IMG/VR virus record: IMGVR_UViG_3300045988_145381
Source of the DNA: a virus
Taxonomy: Duplodnaviria; Heunggongvirae; Uroviricota; Caudoviricetes
Length of the DNA: 48,428 nucleotides
Strand: one strand, 5' to 3'
Shown: positions 19,706-28,425 of the stretch, in pieces
Numbering within the stretch: the first letter of the stretch is position 1
Layout of the letters: every line of letters starts with the position of its first letter
The notes under the pieces: model-generated
Told to the model about the DNA's origin: nothing
What the model saw: the letters and a program-made list of their open reading frames with translations, nothing else
Database searches by the model: none
Made by a program: the position numbers and the translations under genes

Positions 19706-19941
19706 AAATCTCTTATCACCACTCGTTTAATTCGTGGGCCTCGGCGTATACCTGCTGATAATCTTTCTACTTCATTACGCCAGTAATCCATCTCTTTTCT
19801 GACTTCTGATAAATCCGCACGAGTTAACTGCCGCGTACCAAATTTATATGACTGACCGCCAATAGCAATAGCGCGATATGCTTCCCGCCAGACAGATAAC
19901 ATCTCTCTGGCTTCAGTCAGAGAAAATGCTTCATTGTTCAT
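19702..19941 (-). CDS. head-tail joining protein gpW-like
   Basis: 79-aa ORF between the TerL and portal genes. Confidence 0.55.
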   Translation of the reverse strand: MNNEAFSLTEAREMLSVWREAYRAIAIGGQSYKFGTRQLTRADLSEVRKEMDYWRNEVERLSAGIRRGPRIKRVVIRDL

Positions 19942-19952
19942 TTATATTTCCT

Positions 19953-21809
19953 CTATATGGTTACGCCTTTACTTATAACTCTACGGCGTCTTCTACGTAT
20001 ACCTGACGAGTTCTGCACATACACATTACCTCGCATTTCCTGTTCGGCAAGCCAGTTAAAATTAGGGTTCAGAATTTCCATCGCGGCAGTTGCATAGTTA
20101 CGGCAATCAAGAGGCTCGTTACGCTCGTAGACTTTCACCCACTTTTCTTTTGTCTGCCCATTTTTATATTCAAATATTTTCTTCTCTGATAATAATCCTT
20201 TAAAGTATTCGGTATCATATCCTCTGTCAGAATCTAATGGGAAATGCATATAACCAGGACCAGGATCATGTAGTTTAATTCTTGCCATGATGGTCCCTTT
20301 ACCATCATCAACCCCCAAATTAAACAACATAGCACCCACACGGTTATTATTACTTGGCTTTCCTATAAATGGTAAACCTACCCCACCACGCCCCCTGATA
20401 GAGTATATTCGCCTTGATTCTCTCGGCTTAGTAAAGCGATATACCTCTGTCGTAAAATGCCCACCAGAGTCAATACAAACGGAAGAAATCTGTAATTTTC
20501 GACCGTCACGGAATGACCAGCTACGGAGTAAGTATTCATCAAGTTGTTTCCAGACAACATCTTGTGCGGGATCACCTGGGAATATTTTATATTCTATCCC
20601 CCATGACTCCTTACCTTTTCCCCAACCGACCAATTCACAAACTAAATACGTGTCCTGTACGTCAACACCAGCACTTAACAATAAAACATCATCTGGTAAA
20701 AACTCTTCAAACCTTATTCTGCGTTGCAACAAGTATTCAGGATCGATATCGTCTTTAGCATCCTCTTTCCATGGCTCACCCAGCTTAAGGTTAATAAACT
20801 CCATTAATCCATTTTTATCGCGGTTTCTGGTTGCTTCCGTAAATTCTTCAACCAGCTCTGACAATGCAACCCACGGGGAGTAAAGACTGTTAATATGAAA
20901 ACCAACAATACCTTTAACTCCAGTATGTTCAGCTATCCATACCCCCTTCGCCAACCAATCAACGTCTGGTTTACCAGATCCGCGCATAATCCCGCCGCAC
21001 TCACAGCACTCATATCTGGCCGTTTCCGGTAACGCCTCACCTGAATCGCTCTTATCCCATCTGACTTGCGACCATTTCATCACCTGCATGGTGCCACAAC
21101 ATGGGCAAGGAACATGGTAGTAACGCTGATCGGAGAGCTTAAACCACTTGTGGATTTTGCTCGTTTCCTCCAAAACAGGAGTAGAAACAAAAACTTTCTT
21201 ACGATTATGAAAGTTGGTAGTACGCTGAATACCTAGTTTTAGTGGGTCGCCCTCCTGCGTCACACCGTAACGATCAATCTCATCAGCTAACAGTATTCGA
21301 ATTGGCCTGGATGCAAGACCTGCTGGGGAATTAGCACCAACAAGTGCTATATATCCACCAGCGTAATGCTTCATACGTATAGTCGTGCTGGACTTTTTGG
21401 CTGCACCGCGCCCCTCTTTCCCTTCATGCAGCTTGTGTTTCAAACCAGGGGAATATTTGAACGTCGGATCAATACGCTCTTTTGAAAAAGCCTCAGCCGC
21501 CTCTACCGTTGGATAAATCATCAACTGAGGAGATGGCTCCTGATCTGCAAAGTAACCCATAACATTTAGCTGTAATTCGGATTTACCAATTTGCGAGCTA
21601 CATTGCATCACTACTGTTTCTGTATCAGCGTCACCAATAACATCCATTGGTTCACGCAAATATGGCACTCGGCTTGTACGCCACGGCCCTGGCTCTGGAG
21701 ACGTTCCCGGCGCTACATGACGATACTTATCAGCCCATTCGGAAACAGTTAGCCGTGATTTAGGGCGAAGCGCACGGAAAAAAGCGGTGCTCCATACTGT
21801 TTCGCCCAT
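19953..21809 (-). CDS. terminase large subunit (lambda gpA-like)
   Basis: 618-aa ORF following the small-subunit gene; lambda A-like size and order. Confidence 0.8.
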   Translation of the reverse strand: MGETVWSTAFFRALRPKSRLTVSEWADKYRHVAPGTSPEPGPWRTSRVPYLREPMDVIGDADTETVVMQCSSQIGKSELQLNVMGYFADQEPSPQLMIYPTVEAAEAFSKERIDPTFKYSPGLKHKLHEGKEGRGAAKKSSTTIRMKHYAGGYIALVGANSPAGLASRPIRILLADEIDRYGVTQEGDPLKLGIQRTTNFHNRKKVFVSTPVLEETSKIHKWFKLSDQRYYHVPCPCCGTMQVMKWSQVRWDKSDSGEALPETARYECCECGGIMRGSGKPDVDWLAKGVWIAEHTGVKGIVGFHINSLYSPWVALSELVEEFTEATRNRDKNGLMEFINLKLGEPWKEDAKDDIDPEYLLQRRIRFEEFLPDDVLLLSAGVDVQDTYLVCELVGWGKGKESWGIEYKIFPGDPAQDVVWKQLDEYLLRSWSFRDGRKLQISSVCIDSGGHFTTEVYRFTKPRESRRIYSIRGRGGVGLPFIGKPSNNNRVGAMLFNLGVDDGKGTIMARIKLHDPGPGYMHFPLDSDRGYDTEYFKGLLSEKKIFEYKNGQTKEKWVKVYERNEPLDCRNYATAAMEILNPNFNWLAEQEMRGNVYVQNSSGIRRRRRRVISKGVTI

Positions 21810-21814
21810 GAGGT

Positions 21815-22375
21815 TTATTCTTCCTGCTTAATAAATCGGGATTCCTGGAGCGCCTGAAGCGCAAAATTAATCTCGTCTTCAATAATGCGTTCGATCTCCC
21901 TGGCTGTTTTGCCTTCACAACGGGGAGCTGCTCTTGGAGCAATACTAAATAAGCGGCTACGCAATTCATTAGCTGCCAGAAATGCATCATCCCTGACCGC
22001 ATCTTTAGCGATGAGAGAGCCTTCCTTTTCTTCAAATTCAAGGCGTTTCAGCTTTGCCTGATAAATTTTTTCTGCGGTCTTAGCCTTGTTGAATTGCACC
22101 GCAACACCGGAAGTACCACCAGCTAATCCGGCATCATCAGCGGGTAACTCTGGTTGTTCCGAAGATATCCCATGCCCTCTTTTTCCATTTTCAGCAGATA
22201 CCTCACGACCAACCTGTCGGCTCGCTTCATAAGCCGCACTGGCTTTATCAAAATCCAGCTTGCCGCTTTTCAGCACTGGAATGCGACCGGAACGACAGAG
22301 CTTCGTAACCATTGCCGGAGAAATACCTTTCCGGCGAGCAAACTCTGACTTACTGACGATGGCCATTACTTGCAA
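21815..22375 (-). CDS. terminase small subunit (putative)
   Basis: 186-aa ORF with N-terminal HTH-like segment (...ARRKGISPAMVTKLCRSGRIP...) directly upstream of TerL. Confidence 0.5.
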   Translation of the reverse strand: MQVMAIVSKSEFARRKGISPAMVTKLCRSGRIPVLKSGKLDFDKASAAYEASRQVGREVSAENGKRGHGISSEQPELPADDAGLAGGTSGVAVQFNKAKTAEKIYQAKLKRLEFEEKEGSLIAKDAVRDDAFLAANELRSRLFSIAPRAAPRCEGKTAREIERIIEDEINFALQALQESRFIKQEE

Positions 22376-22956
22376 CCATTAGCAAGATACTGAACAAATC
22401 CCTCATGCGTTTCATGCGCGTCGTGGTACTGACGATAAACATCCAGCAACAATGCAATTTCCATATCCGTCGCGGGAATACGTTCTTTATCAATAGCCAG
22501 GTACTTAATTTGAACAACAGGGGAAGAATTATCGTCTTCTTCCTGCGGCTGTTCATCGCTTAACATTTCGTCAAGCTCTGCATCATTAAACCCAAGCAGA
22601 TCAATATCAAAATCATCATCCATTAACTCTTTGACTTCTTCGGCCAGAAGCTGCATATCCCAGCCAGCATTTAAGGCCAGCTTGTTATCTGCAATCCTGT
22701 AAGCCTTCTTCTGTTTTTCAGAAAGGTTACTCAACCGAATCGCCGGAACTTTATCCATTTCCAGAATTTCGGCTGCTGCAAGCCGACCATGCCCCGCAAT
22801 CAGTTCATTCTTTTCATCGATCAGCACAGGATTAGTGAAACCGAACTCACGGATACTGTTCACCAACTGTTCAACCTGCTCATCTGAATGAGTCCGTGAA
22901 TTTTTGGCGTATCTGAGCAGCTTACCGACTGGTAAATATTCGATTTTTAGAGCCAT
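22366..22956 (-). CDS. ParB-like nuclease-domain protein
   Basis: 196-aa ORF with ParB N-terminal domain pattern (...NPVLIDEKNELIAGHGRLAAA...); paralog of 25623..26246; overlaps the TerS start. Confidence 0.65.
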   Translation of the reverse strand: MALKIEYLPVGKLLRYAKNSRTHSDEQVEQLVNSIREFGFTNPVLIDEKNELIAGHGRLAAAEILEMDKVPAIRLSNLSEKQKKAYRIADNKLALNAGWDMQLLAEEVKELMDDDFDIDLLGFNDAELDEMLSDEQPQEEDDNSSPVVQIKYLAIDKERIPATDMEIALLLDVYRQYHDAHETHEGFVQYLANGCK

Positions 22957-23513
22957 TTTTTAACCGCCATAACACAACAGGTTAAAGAAAACTGTTTAAC
23001 TTATTGATACTAAAAGAGAAAAATGACGATCTTTTTACTCATAAAAAATCACACAAACCAGCATAATCATCTGATTTTATTAAGTTTTTATAAGTAAAAA
23101 GGATCTTGAGATGGTGTTTTGGTTAAAAGATTGGATGTATTTGCATGATTTATAACGATTTTTATCAGAACAACATCACATTGGTTAAAGATCTGCGCGT
23201 ATCTTGATGATCTAAAAGAAAATTTTCTACTTTCTTTTTACCAGCACAAATACAGCAAAAAATCACGTTTTCCCGATATTTTTCAATGAGATGAGTAAAT
23301 TTCTTTTACCGCAACTTTTAACCTAACTTTTTTCACGTTTAGCTAGCCGAACATCGGGGTTCGAATGACCCGCATCCAACGCTTTTGGTCAGAAGGACCC
23401 AATTCTGCCGGACGATGAAACGATGCTCGTGCTCCCCCACAGACAGCCAGCGAGCGACGCTACAGAACACAGTGAATACACTATGCATAACAACACCATC
23501 AACCACACGATGA

Positions 23514-24233
23514 TTAACGAGAGAAGGTCTTAGAAAGAATGTCATCAATAGCCTTTGTGACTTCATCAGCAAACGCATCCTCACCAGCACGCAGCGCCAC
23601 GCCATGCCAATCAAGACGCTGCGAATAGTTAGGTTGCTGGATAAACGTAAGGATCAACGTAGGACGCCGCCCAACGCGCTGCCAGACGCCTGGTTGAAGC
23701 GGGTTACTTGTACCAGGTCGAACAACAAAAAACTCCGTAGGCTTGCCCTGACGGCGATTTTGATGCGCATCTCGCTGAACTCTTAGGCCAGATAAGACCT
23801 GCTGTAATTGCCCCCGCGAAATATTCCCGTATTTGTCCAGCTTTGCGCCGGGACCAGGAGCAAGCTGCCAGCCGTTAGGCAAATATCCACCAGCCCTTAG
23901 CGCCCCTTCTGAGCGTTTGTACTGTCGTTGGCCACCTTCGATTTGCGGAGTCAACGTTACAGGGGCTGGCGTTCCTCCCCATTCACGAGCATACACAATG
24001 GCTGTAGGATCACTCTTCTTTGCGGCCAAAACGTAAGTAGAGTTCTGAATCCACGGCGTGGGCCTGTCAAATACCCGATTAATTTCATTCTTAATCGCAG
24101 CCTGAGAAGCCTTTGCCGTTCTGGTTGCCGCAAGCGCCATTGCGAACGGCAATTCGCGTTCTTCAAGGCGCTGGAGTTGTCGTTGAATATCCTGAGAAGA
24201 AAAATCCATCTTTATCTCAATTCTGTCAGCCAC
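23514..24233 (-). CDS. hypothetical protein
   Basis: 239-aa ORF downstream of the ParB-methyltransferase gene; no recognisable motif. Confidence 0.45.
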   Translation of the reverse strand: MADRIEIKMDFSSQDIQRQLQRLEERELPFAMALAATRTAKASQAAIKNEINRVFDRPTPWIQNSTYVLAAKKSDPTAIVYAREWGGTPAPVTLTPQIEGGQRQYKRSEGALRAGGYLPNGWQLAPGPGAKLDKYGNISRGQLQQVLSGLRVQRDAHQNRRQGKPTEFFVVRPGTSNPLQPGVWQRVGRRPTLILTFIQQPNYSQRLDWHGVALRAGEDAFADEVTKAIDDILSKTFSR

Positions 24234-24249
24234 CAGCGCCTCCTACACA

Positions 24250-25629
24250 CTACTTAATCAACGGCCGGAAAGCCGCCAGCACATCATCAGATCGTCCGAT
24301 TGTTGAACCACCAGGCAACGGCAACTCAAACTCAAAACGAACAGCTTTCTCCAGACTCGCCCAACTAAGGGAATCATCGTTAATGACGTGCAAATACCAG
24401 CTCTTACAGTTGAATATTGACCGCTTAATCCTGAAACCATGTACACGACACAACTGCTTCACTTCATCATCAGAGTGGAACTTCTGGTAAAACCAGTGCC
24501 CCTTCCGGTACAACGCGGTAAAACCGTTATGATCAATAAAATAAAGCCGGCTTTTGGAACTCGCCGCTTGTGTTTGCTTCAGGACTGTTTCCAGCTCTCC
24601 ACGGCTACGACCAGAAAAGAATATTGACCCACCAGCTTTACACAGGCCTTTCAGAACCGTCAGAACGGACCATTCAGCCTCGACACTGTCGACCGAGTTC
24701 AAAACGCTATCGCAAATCACGTAGTCGTAACGCCCTCGCGTTTTTAAGTCATCCACCAGCGTATCAATCATCCGGTTTGTTGCAGCCCTATCCAGAGTGT
24801 TTCCTGCGCCCTTACGGCGGAAAAGCTCGAGATCATGCAGGTTATACCCCTTTGCCCTGAGCATTCGCGCGTAGTCTCCCTGCCCCGAACCAAAATCAAT
24901 TCCTCTTGGCGTCTTGGCAATGATCGGGAGGATCAACGACTCATACAGGTTTGATTTCAGGCTGCCACCATTACGCAACCGCATAAGCTGCGCATACGTC
25001 TGGATGTATGTTGTTTTCTCCAGATGAGAATACTCAAATACACCATAAGTTTTATTCAGATAACTTTGGTATTTTTCCTTCTCAACATCAGGGATCACAA
25101 ACACCGTTAGCGGTGTGCGCGTCATCTTCGCTGCTAATGCATACTGAGCACAGTGAATAACCTCACCAGACTGAGTAGCAACACAACCACCCCACGGACC
25201 ATACTTGATAACCAGTTCCGCTATGTTCTTTCGAACATATGCCATTTTCGCGCGCATATTGCCTGAGATCTGGCTTGCCGATACCTGAACAAAACCATGC
25301 TTATCTTCCAGACCGGACACCCTGCAACGCTCATCTCCGCTATCAAAATCCGTTCCGTTATGCAGTTGGTTAAACCGTACTTCGTCGTATACCGTCGTTT
25401 CACAGGGCAACACATACACCGCAGCACGCGTTATTCCCAACTTACGTAGCGCCTTCGTCCTTTGGTGTCCCGCCACCAGCAAATCGCCGCGCACTATCAA
25501 TGGCTTCACAAGCCCCAGCTCCCTGACGCTTTCCGCCAGCCTCGCAAGATCATCCTCACCGATAAAACGCGGGTTATATTCCGCGCCGCGTAGGTGCGTT
25601 ATGTCGTAATTGAGGTGAAGCATCAGCAC
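24250..25629 (-). CDS. ParB-like N-terminal domain fused to class I SAM-dependent methyltransferase
   Basis: 459-aa ORF; N-terminus ParB-like (...LIVRGDLLVAGHQRTKALRKLG...); motif I IDFGSGQGDYARML and motif II-like YDYVICDSVLN. Confidence 0.65.
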   Translation of the reverse strand: MLMLHLNYDITHLRGAEYNPRFIGEDDLARLAESVRELGLVKPLIVRGDLLVAGHQRTKALRKLGITRAAVYVLPCETTVYDEVRFNQLHNGTDFDSGDERCRVSGLEDKHGFVQVSASQISGNMRAKMAYVRKNIAELVIKYGPWGGCVATQSGEVIHCAQYALAAKMTRTPLTVFVIPDVEKEKYQSYLNKTYGVFEYSHLEKTTYIQTYAQLMRLRNGGSLKSNLYESLILPIIAKTPRGIDFGSGQGDYARMLRAKGYNLHDLELFRRKGAGNTLDRAATNRMIDTLVDDLKTRGRYDYVICDSVLNSVDSVEAEWSVLTVLKGLCKAGGSIFFSGRSRGELETVLKQTQAASSKSRLYFIDHNGFTALYRKGHWFYQKFHSDDEVKQLCRVHGFRIKRSIFNCKSWYLHVINDDSLSWASLEKAVRFEFELPLPGGSTIGRSDDVLAAFRPLIK

Positions 25630-26246
25630 ACCTCCCCAGCCAGCAATGCGGATACAAATCCGATATAGCTGCCATTATCATCAACATAACGAGACACCGC
25701 GCAGTCAAAACGATCCGCTTCCTCATCCGTTGCCGGGATTTTATGACCTCCAAATGACAGGTACTGAACTTTTACGCCTGATTTGGCCTCATCCTTCTCA
25801 AATGGGATATCCATACCCTCTGTGTCATCGTAGACCGCCGCACTCAATAAGTTATCCAGTTCGCGCTGAGTAAAACCAATTGAGTCCAGAGCAAAATCAT
25901 CGGCCGCAAGATCTGCAAGCTCCGCGCTTAACAACTCTTCATCCCAACCAGCATTCAGCGGAATACGGTTGTCGGCCAGACGATATGCCTTCTTCTGATT
26001 CTCCGTTAGCCCAGCCAGAACAATGCAGGGAACATCATCCATCCCCAACTGAGTGGCCGCAGCAATTCGACCATGACCAGCAATTACAACGTTGTTCTCG
26101 TCTATCAGGATCGGATTAGTCCATCCGTACTCCTGTATGCTGGCAACAATCTGATCTACCTGCTCCACGGAGTGTGTGCGAGCGTTCTTTTCATAACCAA
26201 TCAACACAGAAAGTGGTAAAGAAACCACATTAAGATGTTTTGTCAT
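25623..26246 (-). CDS. ParB-like nuclease-domain protein
   Basis: 207-aa ORF, paralog of 22366..22956 (...NPILIDENNVVIAGHGRIAAA...QKKAYRLADN...); coupled to the methyltransferase gene. Confidence 0.65.
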   Translation of the reverse strand: MTKHLNVVSLPLSVLIGYEKNARTHSVEQVDQIVASIQEYGWTNPILIDENNVVIAGHGRIAAATQLGMDDVPCIVLAGLTENQKKAYRLADNRIPLNAGWDEELLSAELADLAADDFALDSIGFTQRELDNLLSAAVYDDTEGMDIPFEKDEAKSGVKVQYLSFGGHKIPATDEEADRFDCAVSRYVDDNGSYIGFVSALLAGEVC

Positions 26247-26480
26247 GCCGTTTATCCGCTAAAATCCCCTCGCTTGTGCAAGCAAGTGGGCCTCGGTTTG
26301 TATCCACGGCACCCTGTGGGTATGAATGACTGTCGTCAGGTCGCAACTGACGGCAGTCGCCCACCTTCCAGTAATAAAAAAGCCACCAGCATTAACTCCA
26401 CAGCAAGCTGGAGTTAATGAGACAGCTTTGGTTTGCGCATTATCGCAGCCCCTGATAAGCACAAGAGCTGCTGTAATGCG

Positions 26481-26891
26481 TTACGCAGGGATCAAACGGA
26501 GGCAGCCGTTATTTACCTCAATACGAGAGTATTCCGGCTTACCATCAACGATTCCGGTAATGACAAGTTCGCCATCAGACGAGCATTCTTCTTTGTCGTC
26601 TTCAAGTACCGCGCCTTCTGGCAAATCAACACAGGCAAAAACAGGGCAGCCAGGATAACGATCATCTTCCATCGCAATCAGCATCGACTCACCGAACCAC
26701 TCTGTGGTAGCACGGCCATCAGCCGCCTGATAGTGAATCAGATACTGGTTTTCGCCATTTGCATACTGAGCACGGGCTTGAACTTCTCCCCATTCGTCAC
26801 TGATACGCATTGTTACCAGTTGGGATAATTCAAACTTAAACGGAACAGACTCTGCACCAATGGCAATCGGTTTATCTTCTTTCTTTTCCAT
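26481..26891 (-). CDS. hypothetical acidic protein (start trimmed to the Met with an aggtga Shine-Dalgarno)
   Basis: ORF 26481..26960 with probable start MEKKEDKPIAIG...; an upstream hairpin terminator overlaps the longer ORF. Confidence 0.4.
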   Translation of the reverse strand: MEKKEDKPIAIGAESVPFKFELSQLVTMRISDEWGEVQARAQYANGENQYLIHYQAADGRATTEWFGESMLIAMEDDRYPGCPVFACVDLPEGAVLEDDKEECSSDGELVITGIVDGKPEYSRIEVNNGCLRLIPA

Positions 26892-26940
26892 AACATCACC
26901 TGAAAATAAAAAGCCCCGCGACACCGCGAGGCTGTAAGAG

Positions 26941-27093
26941 TTACTTTCGATAGAAATCAAGGCGCATTTGCTCCCGCTTAAGCCGAAAAGCTCTCTGCGC
27001 CACTAAGATGCGCCACAGGACACCAGCAATAACCACCAGCGAGATACAAAAACACACGGCCACAACCATCAGAAAAATGCCAACACCATTCAT
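26941..27093 (-). CDS. small hydrophobic membrane peptide (50 aa, MNGVGIFLMVVAVCFCISLVVIAGVLWRIL...)
   Basis: Read directly from the sequence (below the ORF-track size cut-off); ATGA overlap with the upstream 68-aa gene; hairpin terminator follows. Confidence 0.4.
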   Translation of the reverse strand: MNGVGIFLMVVAVCFCISLVVIAGVLWRILVAQRAFRLKREQMRLDFYRK

Positions 27094-27296
27094 GAAACTA
27101 TCCATTCTTCAATGAATATCTCCAGTAATGTCAAGAGATACGCCGTCCCCAGCGCGGTTCCTACCGATATAGCTAAGACAAACCTCAAAGATAACGAGGT
27201 GTCTTTCGCTTTTCTCCAGACGTAAGCGCCAGCCAGAAATACCAACAAATCTCTTATTGGAAGCGGAAACCAGAACAAATCACTCGGCAAGTCCAC
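27090..27296 (-). CDS. small membrane protein (68 aa, two predicted TM segments)
   Basis: Hydrophobic ORF coupled to both neighbours. Confidence 0.4.
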   Translation of the reverse strand: MDLPSDLFWFPLPIRDLLVFLAGAYVWRKAKDTSLSLRFVLAISVGTALGTAYLLTLLEIFIEEWIVS

Positions 27297-27298
27297 GG

Positions 27299-27766
27299 TT
27301 ATATCCTTCCATTCATTTTTATCGGATGACCAGATAGCCTTACGCAGTTGAGCTGTAAAGCTCCGGTATCAACTAAATAATCAACTAACATGATTAGAGA
27401 TTCATATTCAGCCAGATAGCTAACCTGACGCATTCGACCGCCGTTGTTCTCCAGAATGTCGGCCACCTTTGCAGCCAACTCGCTTAGACAGGAGAACTTA
27501 TTCCCATATATCGTTTTATACTCGCGCTTCTGGCATTCTTCTGGCATTCTTCTGGCTTGCGGCTGGTTATCGAGAGCTATCAGCGACCGATAACTATCAA
27601 GGAAGTCCACAATCTCATTCAGGCACTCTTTGGCTGCCTCATCGTGACTTTTTCCGTATGCTTCATGGAGGACTTTCATCCTCATCATTGCTCCGTCACA
27701 CATAATCGAAAGCGCGTAAAGCACATCACTAATCGCCATTTCTTTTTTGGTGCTTGTCGAAGGCAT
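27299..27766 (-). CDS. hypothetical protein (first gene of a terminator-flanked moron)
   Basis: 155-aa ORF with aggaga Shine-Dalgarno; terminator upstream; contains an 11-bp tandem repeat at 27531..27560. Confidence 0.5.
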   Translation of the reverse strand: MPSTSTKKEMAISDVLYALSIMCDGAMMRMKVLHEAYGKSHDEAAKECLNEIVDFLDSYRSLIALDNQPQARRMPEECQKREYKTIYGNKFSCLSELAAKVADILENNGGRMRQVSYLAEYESLIMLVDYLVDTGALQLNCVRLSGHPIKMNGRI

Positions 27767-27773
27767 CCCATGT

Positions 27774-27800
27774 TCTCCTTTGTCTGGATGTAAAAAAGCC
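27774..27800 (-). terminator. rho-independent terminator
   Basis: gcctcggcaattgccggggc hairpin followed by tttttt on the minus strand. Confidence 0.55.
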
Positions 27801-27840
27801 CCGGCAATTGCCGAGGCTCGTTGTTCGTTATCGTTACGGT

Positions 27841-28041
27841 TTAATGCTCGCGTCGTCCGGCGACAACTTCGGATTTGTATTTCAGGTCGCCCAGCAAGAA
27901 TTGCAGTTTAAGCATCTTTGCCGCCGTGTAGTTCCCTGATTCCACAACCTCTTTCATGAGGTCATAAACGGCCGCTACATCATCAGCCAGGAACTCTTTG
28001 CGTTGCTGCTCAGTCGCACGTTTGAAGGAAATACGCATCAC
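27841..28041 (-). CDS. hypothetical protein
   Basis: 66-aa ORF coupled to 28038..28307. Confidence 0.35.
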   Translation of the reverse strand: MMRISFKRATEQQRKEFLADDVAAVYDLMKEVVESGNYTAAKMLKLQFLLGDLKYKSEVVAGRREH

Positions 28042-28307
28042 TCATCATCTCCTGCCGCACATACAACCTCACAAAAAACATCAGCGGAATGTTTCTCCTT
28101 GAACGAATGACGCTCAAAACCGCACTCAATATCAGGCGCAAAAACATCCACCACATACGGTCTTTCAGAATGTTGGTTTTCCCAACGATAAACCGTAGTG
28201 ACGTTGAAATGTTTTAACGCTTCACGGAACTCAACGCTGCCCGTCAGGTTTTTTGAGGTCAGGTATTGCAGGAGGTTTTTTACTACTTCACGGTCTTGTA
28301 CTTTCAT
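28038..28307 (-). CDS. hypothetical protein
   Basis: 89-aa ORF directly downstream of copy 1 of the conserved promoter-leader element. Confidence 0.45.
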   Translation of the reverse strand: MKVQDREVVKNLLQYLTSKNLTGSVEFREALKHFNVTTVYRWENQHSERPYVVDVFAPDIECGFERHSFKEKHSADVFCEVVCAAGDDE

Positions 28308-28314
28308 CGGGTTA

Positions 28315-28425
28315 TCTCCGGTTTAACCAGGGCGGGTATCGCTCGGTTTCGGGTATAACCTTAGGAAATTTTTTCCCACCTGTAAAGCACTTTTTATATA
28401 AATCTATAATTATATAATTCTATGA
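28315..28425 (-). promoter_or_regulatory. conserved promoter-leader element, copy 1
   Basis: Near-identical to 34827..34940 and 44347..44457; gene-direction read gives TTTACA-17bp-TAAGGT, a -10-like TATACC, a conserved leader and ggaga Shine-Dalgarno; AT-rich palindrome upstream. Confidence 0.6.

Noticed and set aside
23339-23614. 91-aa minus-strand ORF in the AT-rich gap upstream of the ParB-like/TerS genes
   Set aside because: Cys/Arg-rich junk-like translation overlapping the 3' end of the 239-aa gene; no ribosome-binding signal.
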